Assembly (NCBI GenBank): GCA_016218255.1
Contig: JACREN010000037.1
Span: 1,514 to 65,513 of the forward strand
Direction: 5' to 3'
From: Candidatus Gottesmanbacteria bacterium
GTDB taxonomy: Bacteria > Patescibacteriota > Microgenomatia > UBA10105 > UBA927
DNA: 64,000 nt
Shown here piece by piece: positions 39,635 through 48,291 of the stretch (position 1 is its first letter; the number at the start of each line of letters is the position of its first letter). The notes beneath the pieces were generated by a model. That model did no database searches. It was not told the DNA's origin and saw only the letters and a program-made list of their open reading frames with translations. Position numbers and translations under genes: made by a program.

Positions 39635-41094
39635 ACTCATTGCTTGACGTAATTTTAGTGATTTGGTGGTTTCGCATCGTCGCGAATATCGCCTCGTGCA
39701 TACAATTGTGGTATATAAAAGAATACCGTATCGATCGCATGTTGGTCCATCTCAAAACAGAAGAGGGCAAAGGCGTTCTGTGGATGGATTTTCGGAGGCC
39801 AAGAATATCTCCAAAGACGATCGTATTGGGTATAAGCTGTGCACTGGCGGTTTACACGCTATATAGTTCTCTTTCGATTCATCCATTGTTGCGGTTGTTT
39901 GTCATAGACTGCCTTACGTTTCCAATAGTTTCGGTTTTAGTCTTGCTATTTCAAGTTCCCACACACCTATATCATGAAATTATCATCGCGAGGGCCGATG
40001 CGAAAATCCGAAACCACGCACCGCTTGTAGTAATCGGCATCACCGGAAGCTATGGGAAGACTTCTATTAAAGAATTTCTTTCTGTTATTCTCTCTTCCCA
40101 ATATCGGATCCTCAAAACTGAATCCAGCAAAAACTCAGCTATCGCGGTCGCTGAGACGGTTATAACAAAACTTCTTCCGGATCATGAGATGTTTGTGGTC
40201 GAAATGGCAGCATATAAAAAGGGCGAAATCGCGCGTATCGCCGCGATGGTACACCCATCGGTTGCGATAGTCGGTCCTATAAATGCGCAACATCAGGACC
40301 TTTTCGGTTCGATGGAAGAGACTGTGCGTGCGAAGTATGAGCTCGTTGAGGCATTGCCGAATAATCAGATAGTGGTAATGAATGCAGATAATGCATATAC
40401 GAGATCGATGGGTGAAATGGCAGCTCGTCATGGTAAAACTGTATGGTGGTATACGACAAAAAATTGGTCAATTCCTAAGACAGGCGCAATTTTTCGGGCA
40501 GAGCATATACAGACTGATGAGCGACAAATAGCGTGTATTATTAGTTTTAGAAGGGAACGCGAAAAAATTGCTGTTCAGATATTGGGAGAGCACCAAGCCG
40601 GTAACATAGTGGCAAGTATTGCCGGTGCCGTGGCTGCAGGTATGAAGTTTTCGGATGCTGCGCGTGCAGCATGCCGGATTAGACCGTTTACAAAAACGAT
40701 GCAACCCGTATTGGGAGTAAACGGCGCTGCTTTCATCGATGACACATTTAATAACAATCCGGATGCTGCGCTAGCGGCAATAGAATACCTTAGGGGGAGG
40801 AAGGGCAGAAAAATTTTAGTATTTCAGCCTATGATTGAATTGGGAAAATATGGTGAGGCAAGTCATTTTGATGTCGGGAGGGCAGCAGGATCCGTTTGTG
40901 ACGATATTTTATTAACGAACCGGAATTATTTCGATTCGTTTGTGGGCGGTGCTCGAAGCGTGAAGGCATCGAAAAAAGTACGCGTGCTATCGCCAAGCAA
41001 AGCTGCGGGGTATATCCGGTCCAGAATCGGGCCCAATGACACAGTATTATTTAAGGGTAAAGAGGCGGAACGCGTTTTGGGTAAACTTATATGA
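39631..41094 (+). CDS. murF: MurF-like Mur ligase (UDP-MurNAc-tripeptide--D-Ala-D-Ala ligase) with the N-terminal domain replaced by ~3 transmembrane helices
   Basis: P-loop GITGSYGKTS at ~aa 137. EMAAYKKGEI and VMNADNA motifs match MurF. The first 120 aa are hydrophobic segments. Confidence 0.8.
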   Translation: MNSLLDVILVIWWFRIVANIASCIQLWYIKEYRIDRMLVHLKTEEGKGVLWMDFRRPRISPKTIVLGISCALAVYTLYSSLSIHPLLRLFVIDCLTFPIVSVLVLLFQVPTHLYHEIIIARADAKIRNHAPLVVIGITGSYGKTSIKEFLSVILSSQYRILKTESSKNSAIAVAETVITKLLPDHEMFVVEMAAYKKGEIARIAAMVHPSVAIVGPINAQHQDLFGSMEETVRAKYELVEALPNNQIVVMNADNAYTRSMGEMAARHGKTVWWYTTKNWSIPKTGAIFRAEHIQTDERQIACIISFRREREKIAVQILGEHQAGNIVASIAGAVAAGMKFSDAARAACRIRPFTKTMQPVLGVNGAAFIDDTFNNNPDAALAAIEYLRGRKGRKILVFQPMIELGKYGEASHFDVGRAAGSVCDDILLTNRNYFDSFVGGARSVKASKKVRVLSPSKAAGYIRSRIGPNDTVLFKGKEAERVLGKLI

Positions 41095-42308
41095 TTTCCT
41101 GTTCATTATCACCCAATACCGAGACGGATGATGTTTGGTTGGCTCTAAAAGTAATGCTTAGTCCAGGTATATGGAAGAAGGGATCATTCATTGATGAAGC
41201 TGAGCGGTGGTTCTCTGATTATTTTAGAGATTCTGAGGCGGTATCTTTTAATAGCGGCAGATCAGCTCTGTTAGGCATATTGAAGGCTTTTAATATTGGC
41301 CAGGGCGACGAAGTTCTTGTTCAGGCATTTACTTGTGTGGCCGTACCCAACAGCGTGCTTTGGGCTGGAGCAAAGCCGGTTTTTGTGGATATTGACGAAA
41401 CGCTCAATGTAGATGTTCAGGATGCGCGGTCAAAAATATCTTCCAAAACAAAAGCACTCATTGTCCAGCATACCTTTGGTTCGCCCGCTGATATGAAGCA
41501 GTTGACCATATTTGCAAAAAAACATGGTATTTTTTTGATCGAAGATTGCGCACATAGCCTGGGAGCGCTATATAATGGCAAAAAAGTTGGATCCTTTGGA
41601 GATGCATCTTTTTTTAGTTTTGGAAGAGACAAGGTAATATCCAGCGTTTGGGGTGGGATGGGGGTTATACGAGCAAAACACAAAGCTCAGTGCCGTGCAT
41701 TGCGCACATACCAACGCCAATTGCCAATACCGTCTTTATTTTGGATATTTCAGCAGCTGTTTCATCCAATCGCCTTCTCTGTTATTCTAGCGTCGTACAA
41801 TATATGGTTAGGAAAAATATTATTATTCGGCATGCAAAAATTTCATTTGTTATCGTTTCCGGTATATTCGGATGAGAAAAAGAGCAAACGGCCGGCAGGT
41901 TTCCCAGCTATTTTTCCCAATGCGCTCGCTATTCTTGCGCTGAATCAGCTGAAAAAGCTTGATAGGTATAATCGCGGTCGGCGCGCCGTTGCTGCATATT
42001 TCCGCAAGCGATTATATCGTGATACGATATTGCCTGATGTCGGAGGATCGATATATCTTCGATTCCCATTTGTTGTGAATAATCCTAGTGCATTGATTGA
42101 GCGAGCTAAGAAGCATGGGGTGCTTTTTGGTAATTGGTATCAGCATATAATCGATCCGGCTGGAGTGTCGTTTTTTGCGCTTGGATATAAGATCGGATCG
42201 TGTCCGCGCGCAGAATACATTGCGTCTCGTATAGTGAATTTACCAACCAGAGTATCTTTGACAGATGCAGCGAAAATTGTTTCATTATGTCTCAATAAGT
42301 CATTATGA
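41091..42308 (+). CDS. DegT/DnrJ/EryC1/StrS-family PLP-dependent aminotransferase
   Basis: SGRSALLGILKAFN…FSFGRDKVIS (PLP-Lys region). Fold type I sugar aminotransferase pattern. Confidence 0.8.
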   Translation: MISCSLSPNTETDDVWLALKVMLSPGIWKKGSFIDEAERWFSDYFRDSEAVSFNSGRSALLGILKAFNIGQGDEVLVQAFTCVAVPNSVLWAGAKPVFVDIDETLNVDVQDARSKISSKTKALIVQHTFGSPADMKQLTIFAKKHGIFLIEDCAHSLGALYNGKKVGSFGDASFFSFGRDKVISSVWGGMGVIRAKHKAQCRALRTYQRQLPIPSLFWIFQQLFHPIAFSVILASYNIWLGKILLFGMQKFHLLSFPVYSDEKKSKRPAGFPAIFPNALAILALNQLKKLDRYNRGRRAVAAYFRKRLYRDTILPDVGGSIYLRFPFVVNNPSALIERAKKHGVLFGNWYQHIIDPAGVSFFALGYKIGSCPRAEYIASRIVNLPTRVSLTDAAKIVSLCLNKSL

Positions 42309-43195
42309 CACAATATAAACAAAAAGCGGTTTGGGTATCTCATTCGTCTATGGGCGATTATTTGCGTTGCCCCCGTTCGTATTACCTGCGCAATGTATAT
42401 CGTGACCAACGAAACAATCATCGCATGACACTTATGCAACCTGCACTTGCGCTTGGGCAGGTAGTTCATGAAGTCATAGAGGCACTTTCTATTTTACCTG
42501 TGGAAGAGCGTCTCAATCGTCCACTTCTTGATGAATTTGATAATATTTGGTTGCAAATATCAGGTGAAAAGGGAGGGTTTGCGGATTTAGAGGAAGAAAA
42601 AATATATAAGGATCGGGGCAGAAGCATGATGGCTAGAGTACAGGCGCATCCAGGACCCATTGGGCGAAAGGCCACGAAGATTAGGGATCCTCTGCCTAAT
42701 TTCCTTTTGTCTGAAGAGGATAATATTATACTTTGCGGAAAAATTGACTGGTTGGAATATGATGAAATAACCGACAGCATTTACGTTCTTGATTTTAAAA
42801 CCGGAAAGATGGATGAAAGGCCGGATTCACTGCAGCTTCCGATTTATTATCTTTTGGCTTCCGCATGTCAAAAAAGACCTGTTATAGGCTTGCGTTATTG
42901 GTATATAGACAGAGATGATAATCCCGTGGATATGCCTTTGCCGGATAAAGTGGAAGGAAAGAATCGGATTTTGGAAGTTGCCCGAAGTATTGCACTCGCC
43001 CGTAAGTTGGATAGATTTCTCTGTCGGAGCAAAGACGGCTGCAGCGCATGCAGACCCATGGAGGCGATTATCGCCGGAAAGGGGAAGTTTGTCGGCGAAA
43101 GCGAATTTCATCAGGATATTTATATTCTGCCGTCTCCGCACGAGCGTCCTGTTGCAATTTCTGAATCGAGGAGACCGGACGATCTGCCTTTTTAA
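42305..43195 (+). CDS. PD-(D/E)XK nuclease with Cas4/AddB-type Fe-S Cys ligands
   Basis: N-terminal Cys (LRCP). IDW…LDFKTGK core. QLPIYY (RecB-family QhxxY). C-terminal CRSKDGCSAC (C-x6-C-x2-C). Confidence 0.6.
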   Translation: MTQYKQKAVWVSHSSMGDYLRCPRSYYLRNVYRDQRNNHRMTLMQPALALGQVVHEVIEALSILPVEERLNRPLLDEFDNIWLQISGEKGGFADLEEEKIYKDRGRSMMARVQAHPGPIGRKATKIRDPLPNFLLSEEDNIILCGKIDWLEYDEITDSIYVLDFKTGKMDERPDSLQLPIYYLLASACQKRPVIGLRYWYIDRDDNPVDMPLPDKVEGKNRILEVARSIALARKLDRFLCRSKDGCSACRPMEAIIAGKGKFVGESEFHQDIYILPSPHERPVAISESRRPDDLPF

Positions 43196-43196
43196 T

Positions 43197-44213
43197 ATGT
43201 TTATGAGATGTGAGATGAGGGAAATTCAGAATAAAGAACTTTGGGAGAGCTTTCTTCTTTCGCACTCTCCGGCATCTCTGTTTCAGAGTTGGCCTTGGGG
43301 CGAGGTGCAAAGAAGGCAGGGTATCTGTGTTTGGCGGTATGGTGTGTTTGAGGAAGGTCGTTTATCGGGTATCGTGCAAGTAAGCAAGATTTGTGCGAAA
43401 AGAGGATGGTTTCTGCATGTACGTCATGGTCCGATTATCGGACACAGTCAGAGCCATCTGTGGCAGTTTGTTATGGATTGGTTAGCGGATAAGGCCAGAA
43501 AAGAGCGCTGCTGGTTTGTGAGAATAAATCCACTAGTAGAGGACAATTCTTTTTATAGAACCTTGTTTTCTTCTTTGTGTTTATTACGTGCGGCAATTCA
43601 TGCAATGGATGGTGAATACTGTTGGGTATTAGATCTTGATCGCTCCACTGACGAGATTTTGGCGGATATGCGAAAATCAACGCGCTATGAGATTAGAAGA
43701 AGTGAAAAAATGGCAATTGAGGTGGTCCGTTCAGATAAAGCAAAAGATCTTGCATGGTTTATGTCATTATACAAAAAAACGTCTCTGCGTCATGAGTTTG
43801 TTCCCCACCAGGGGATTGGTGAGGAATTTAGCATTTTCGCACGAAATGGTCAAGCGCAGCTCTATTTGGCACGTTTTGGTGGCGAGGTATTGGCGGGTGC
43901 CTTAATCCTGTGGTACGGCGATCAGGCCATTTATCATCATGGAGCTTCTGTGACAAGTCGAGTACCTGCATCATATGCAATACAGTGGCAGGCTATACTT
44001 GATGCAAAAAAACGAGGAATTAAGTTATACAATTTTTGGGGAATAGCGCCAGAAGACAATATTAATCATCCTTGGAGAGGAATAACTTTATTCAAAAAGG
44101 GATTTGGAGGGCGTATTAGCGAGTACATTCATGCGCATGATTTACCTGTTTCGCCTTTTTACCAATTATCTCGCGGTGTGGAGACTATACGAAGAATTCG
44201 TAAAGGATATTAA
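43197..44213 (+). CDS. FemAB-family peptidoglycan aminoacyl (peptidyl) transferase
   Basis: LFQSWPWGEV and the tandem GNAT-like FemX architecture. ~338 aa. Confidence 0.7.
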   Translation: MFMRCEMREIQNKELWESFLLSHSPASLFQSWPWGEVQRRQGICVWRYGVFEEGRLSGIVQVSKICAKRGWFLHVRHGPIIGHSQSHLWQFVMDWLADKARKERCWFVRINPLVEDNSFYRTLFSSLCLLRAAIHAMDGEYCWVLDLDRSTDEILADMRKSTRYEIRRSEKMAIEVVRSDKAKDLAWFMSLYKKTSLRHEFVPHQGIGEEFSIFARNGQAQLYLARFGGEVLAGALILWYGDQAIYHHGASVTSRVPASYAIQWQAILDAKKRGIKLYNFWGIAPEDNINHPWRGITLFKKGFGGRISEYIHAHDLPVSPFYQLSRGVETIRRIRKGY

Positions 44214-44228
44214 TCGCTTGCTTTTGGT

Positions 44229-44257
44229 TTGAGTTTTGATGGCTAAGCAGCTATACT
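44229..44257 (+). promoter_or_regulatory. sigma70-like promoter upstream of dgkA (TTGAGT-17-TATACT)
   Basis: -35 at 44229-44234, -10 at 44252-44257. ATG at 44270 implies a ~6-nt leader. Confidence 0.45.
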
Positions 44258-44269
44258 GACATCACGGAT

Positions 44270-44650
44270 ATGAGAGAATTACTTCGAAAACATCATATTT
44301 CATTCAAAAATGCTATTGCAGGAATTCTATGGGCAGTTCGTACACAGCCCAACTTCCGTATTCATATTATTTGTTCAATCGCGGTTTTATGCTCGGCTTG
44401 GTATTTTGAGGTATCGCGAACAGAGGTGGCCTTGCTTGTATTTGCTATCGTTCTGGGGTTAGGCGCAGAAATGATAAATACGGCTTTGGAGTCTATGACA
44501 GATCTCATAACAAAAGAATGGCGCAATGAAGCAAAAATAGCAAAAGATGTTGCTGCCGGTATGATGCTGCTTGTTGCCGTTGGCGCCGTACTGGTGGGAT
44601 TGGTTATTTTGGTGCCGTACGCATCTTCCCGATTTGGGTGGAGTCAATAG
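44270..44650 (+). CDS. dgkA: diacylglycerol/undecaprenol kinase (DgkA family)
   Basis: Three transmembrane helices. GAEMINTALESMTDL catalytic motif. Confidence 0.85.
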   Translation: MRELLRKHHISFKNAIAGILWAVRTQPNFRIHIICSIAVLCSAWYFEVSRTEVALLVFAIVLGLGAEMINTALESMTDLITKEWRNEAKIAKDVAAGMMLLVAVGAVLVGLVILVPYASSRFGWSQ

Positions 44651-44654
44651 CATT

Positions 44655-45701
44655 ATGGGATTTCTTCTTGGCGTTTTATTGTTTTCCTGGTTTGTGAGCA
44701 GTCTCTTGTATATTCCGTTTATTCAGTTGCTTTATCGGTGGCGGTTCCAGCGGTTGCGTCAAAAAACGAGAGACGCGTTTGATCAGCGGACGCCTATTTT
44801 TGACAGATTTCATAAAAATAAAGCCGGCACACCAGTTGGCGGCGGATTACTAATCATAGCGCTGACAACCATACTATTTCCTCTGATACTTCTACTTATG
44901 AAATATTTTTGGATTCCGGTTACAGCAGTTTATCCGATGCGCAGTGAAATTAAGATAGTGCTTTTCTCATTCGTCTCATTCGGCTTACTTGGACTGCTGG
45001 ACGATATGAAAAAGACGTTTATGTGGGCAAAATCTGGTTTTTTTGGATTGCGTCTCCGTCATAAATTGCTATTGGAAATCATTTTGGCCGTTCTTGTGAG
45101 CTTTTGGATGGTGCATGAGTTGAAGATCGATATCTTTTACATTCCTTTTGTTGGGGTCATCCAGATGGGGTTATGGTATATCCCCTTTGCGGCATTGGTG
45201 ATTATTGCGTTTGCCAATGCTTTTAATATAACAGATGGGCTCGATGGGTTAGCTTCCGGAATACTTATGATTGCGCTTGCCGCATTTTGGTTTATCTCCG
45301 CATCTATTCTTGATACACCTCTTTCCGTTTTTATCGTATTGTGGCTAGGGTCATTGATAGCATTTTTGTACTTTAACGTATTTCCTGCTCGTATTTTTTT
45401 GGGTGACGTCGGGGCCCTTTCTTTTGGTGCAACTCTTGCCGTAGTAGGATTAATACTTGGGAAAGCGCCTGTTCTTGCCGTGATTGGGGCAATATTCGTC
45501 TTTGAAGTTACATCATCGCTCCTTCAATTGCTTTCGAGGAAGTTTTTGGGAAGAAAAATTTTTGCTGCGGCCCCATTACACCTTTGGCTTCAGTTTAAGG
45601 GTTGGTCTGAACCGAAAATTGTCATGCGATTCTGGGTACTTTCAATTGTATTTGCGATATTCGGTTTATGGATCGCGTTTTTGACCCGGCAGCCCATGTA
45701 A
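44655..45701 (+). CDS. mraY: phospho-N-acetylmuramoyl-pentapeptide transferase
   Basis: LLDDMKK and NAFNITDGLDGLASG motifs. 10 transmembrane helices. Confidence 0.9.
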   Translation: MGFLLGVLLFSWFVSSLLYIPFIQLLYRWRFQRLRQKTRDAFDQRTPIFDRFHKNKAGTPVGGGLLIIALTTILFPLILLLMKYFWIPVTAVYPMRSEIKIVLFSFVSFGLLGLLDDMKKTFMWAKSGFFGLRLRHKLLLEIILAVLVSFWMVHELKIDIFYIPFVGVIQMGLWYIPFAALVIIAFANAFNITDGLDGLASGILMIALAAFWFISASILDTPLSVFIVLWLGSLIAFLYFNVFPARIFLGDVGALSFGATLAVVGLILGKAPVLAVIGAIFVFEVTSSLLQLLSRKFLGRKIFAAAPLHLWLQFKGWSEPKIVMRFWVLSIVFAIFGLWIAFLTRQPM

Positions 45702-45706
45702 TCGAT

Positions 45707-47056
45707 ATGCAAAAACCTCATGATGCATTGTTTGAATTCTTGAGCTATGCGGTGAATAGGGGGACAGATGAGATCTCATTTTTCTACCGCGTAGACCTAG
45801 GTGAGAAAACTATACGATTTACGGAGACGATTGGTATACCTGGTCTGGCCTCAAGATTAGATACCGTTCCTGGTGAATTAACGAGGCGAGTTTTGGAATC
45901 GCTGCAATTGATGCTGGGGATAAGCTACTGGAAAATTTATTGTCCTAGAAATATACGGACAGGAGTCATAAAGCTTTCCAAGTCGCAAGCTCAATTTTGG
46001 AATACAGTATATACGAAGGGCTTGGGGGAATTTTTTTACCGGAATAGTATTGACCCGCGTGGTCTAATTCAATTTCCTTATGATGTCAAAACGCGCTCCA
46101 CAAAGGGTCCGCTTTTGTCTGTGGCTGGAAGTATTCTCCAGCTTGGAGGGGGAAAAGATTCGGTGGTCACTGGTGAGCTTCTAAAAGAATGTAATATGCC
46201 GTTTGTTCCAGTCAGCTTAAATACAAGTGCTGTACAGAGAGAGGTTGCGGGCGTGATGGGTAAGTCAGTCTTGGATGTGACAAGGGTCATCGATCCGGAT
46301 CTCTTTGTGCTAAATAAAGGAATAGGCGTATACAATGGTCATATTCCGATTTCAGCCGTCTACGCGTTTGTGGATGTGCTGGTAGCCGTTTTATACGGAT
46401 ACCAATATATTATTGCCTCAAACGAAGAAAGCGCAAATTTTGGAAACATCCTCTACCATGGAGAAGAAATAAACCATCAGTGGAGTAAATCGTGGGAATT
46501 TGAACAATTGTTTCAGCAGTATATTATTGATAATCTGACACCAAGCATATCCTATTTTTCAATGCTTCGGCCGCTTAAAGAGGCCGCTATTGTAAAGATG
46601 TTTGTGCGTTACAAACAGTATTTTTCCGTTTTTACCAGCTGTAATGCGAACTTTCGTATTAATTATCCTCAGATCGGGTCGCGGTGGTGTGGAGAATGCC
46701 CCAAGTGTGCATTTGTTTTTTTGCTGCTGTCGGCATTTATGGCAAAAAATGAAGTTTTCAATATATTTCAAAAGAATTTATTTTCAGATTCAGGATTATT
46801 TTCTCTTTATGAGGAATTATTGGGATTAGCGCGGTTTAAGCCTTTTGAGTGTGTTGGGACGCCGGAGGAATCACAGTGGGCTTTTTGGCGAGTGATGGAG
46901 AATCATGAGTACGACACGGATGCAATTGTGAAACTACTTCGGAATGCGTTGCCGTTTCGCGTGAACGATATGAATATGTTGGAGAAAGAACTGTTTGAAA
47001 AGCGGGGAGTTCACGCAATACCCAAATCATTTGCTTCAGTACTTTCCAGATTATGA
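45707..47056 (+). CDS. uncharacterised PP-loop ATP-pyrophosphatase-like protein with a QueC-like Cys cluster (candidate peptidoglycan-precursor-modifying enzyme)
   Basis: GGGKDS (SGGxDS variant) at ~aa 157. WCGECPKC at the C-terminal side. 449 aa. ATGA overlap with murD. Confidence 0.5.
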   Translation: MQKPHDALFEFLSYAVNRGTDEISFFYRVDLGEKTIRFTETIGIPGLASRLDTVPGELTRRVLESLQLMLGISYWKIYCPRNIRTGVIKLSKSQAQFWNTVYTKGLGEFFYRNSIDPRGLIQFPYDVKTRSTKGPLLSVAGSILQLGGGKDSVVTGELLKECNMPFVPVSLNTSAVQREVAGVMGKSVLDVTRVIDPDLFVLNKGIGVYNGHIPISAVYAFVDVLVAVLYGYQYIIASNEESANFGNILYHGEEINHQWSKSWEFEQLFQQYIIDNLTPSISYFSMLRPLKEAAIVKMFVRYKQYFSVFTSCNANFRINYPQIGSRWCGECPKCAFVFLLLSAFMAKNEVFNIFQKNLFSDSGLFSLYEELLGLARFKPFECVGTPEESQWAFWRVMENHEYDTDAIVKLLRNALPFRVNDMNMLEKELFEKRGVHAIPKSFASVLSRL

Positions 47057-48291
47057 CCATAGCATCACTTCAGAAATATAGACGGATTCTCATACTTGGT
47101 TTTGGAAGTGAAGGGAAATCGAGTGAGGCATTTCTGCGGACCCATGTGCCCCACGCTCTAATCGACTCGGCAGATATGAAAAGCGATCCGAATTATTTAT
47201 CAAGGCAGAATCAGTACGATTTGATCATAAAAACGCCCGGAATTCCAAAAAATAAAGTGACTCGGCCTTATACGACTGCCACAAATATATTTTTTGCAAA
47301 TGCGAAAGGAATGATTATCGGGGTAACTGGATCAAAGGGCAAAAGCACGACAGCATCGCTGATCTACACGATTCTAAAGACGGATGGAAGATCTGTTCAT
47401 CTGGTCGGTAATATCGGAAAGCCTGCTCTTGATGTAATTCAGGCCGGAAATAATCCGGATGCCGTCTATGTATACGAGCTTTCCAGTTATCAACTTGATG
47501 ACATAAAATATTCGCCACATATAGCTGTGATGACTAATTTTTTTCCAGAGCACATGGATTACCACGGTAGCGTAGCGGCATATTGGGAGGCGAAAAAGAA
47601 AATAATCGCCTATGCTACAGAATCCGACTATTTAGTGTATCATCCTCGTTATCCTGAGTTAACCGAATTAGCCCGGAGTTGTCCTGCAAAAGCAAGCCCA
47701 GCAGAAATACATATACCCATTGATGATCATGACATTCCATTGATTGGTCAGCACAACAAAGAAAATATTCAGCTTGCTGTGACTGTCGCAAAAATTTTAA
47801 GAATTGGAGACGAAACAGTCGGGCGTGCTATCCGTGCGTTTATTCCTCTGCCACATCGATTGCAGTGTATAGGTGTATATAAAGGTATAACATTTTATGA
47901 TGATGCGATATCCACAACGCCTCAATCAACTCTCAGAGCCCTAGAGGCGTTTCCTCATGTTGGTTCCATCCTTCTGGGTGGACAGAATAGGGGGTATGAT
48001 TTTAGCGAGTTGGCCAGAGAAATTGCGCGTCGTAAAATACAAGTCCTCGTTTTGTTTCCAGATAGCGGGGATGCGATTTCTGATGCGCTTGCAGCGATGA
48101 AGTACGTGCCGAGGATGGTACTGAAAACATCTGATATGGCTTCTGCCGTGAAGTTTGTTTATCGTCATGCGCCGCGTGATTCAGTCTGTTTGCTTTCTAC
48201 AGCTTCTCCGAGTTACAGTGTATGGAAAAATTTTGAAGAAAAAGGTTCAATTTTTCAGAAATACGTTAAAATATTTGGTGAAGAGTTATGA
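47053..48291 (+). CDS. murD: UDP-N-acetylmuramoylalanine--glutamate ligase (MurD family)
   Basis: N-terminal Rossmann RILILGFGSEGKS. P-loop GVTGSKGKSTT. Mur ligase domains. Confidence 0.85.
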   Translation: MTIASLQKYRRILILGFGSEGKSSEAFLRTHVPHALIDSADMKSDPNYLSRQNQYDLIIKTPGIPKNKVTRPYTTATNIFFANAKGMIIGVTGSKGKSTTASLIYTILKTDGRSVHLVGNIGKPALDVIQAGNNPDAVYVYELSSYQLDDIKYSPHIAVMTNFFPEHMDYHGSVAAYWEAKKKIIAYATESDYLVYHPRYPELTELARSCPAKASPAEIHIPIDDHDIPLIGQHNKENIQLAVTVAKILRIGDETVGRAIRAFIPLPHRLQCIGVYKGITFYDDAISTTPQSTLRALEAFPHVGSILLGGQNRGYDFSELAREIARRKIQVLVLFPDSGDAISDALAAMKYVPRMVLKTSDMASAVKFVYRHAPRDSVCLLSTASPSYSVWKNFEEKGSIFQKYVKIFGEEL

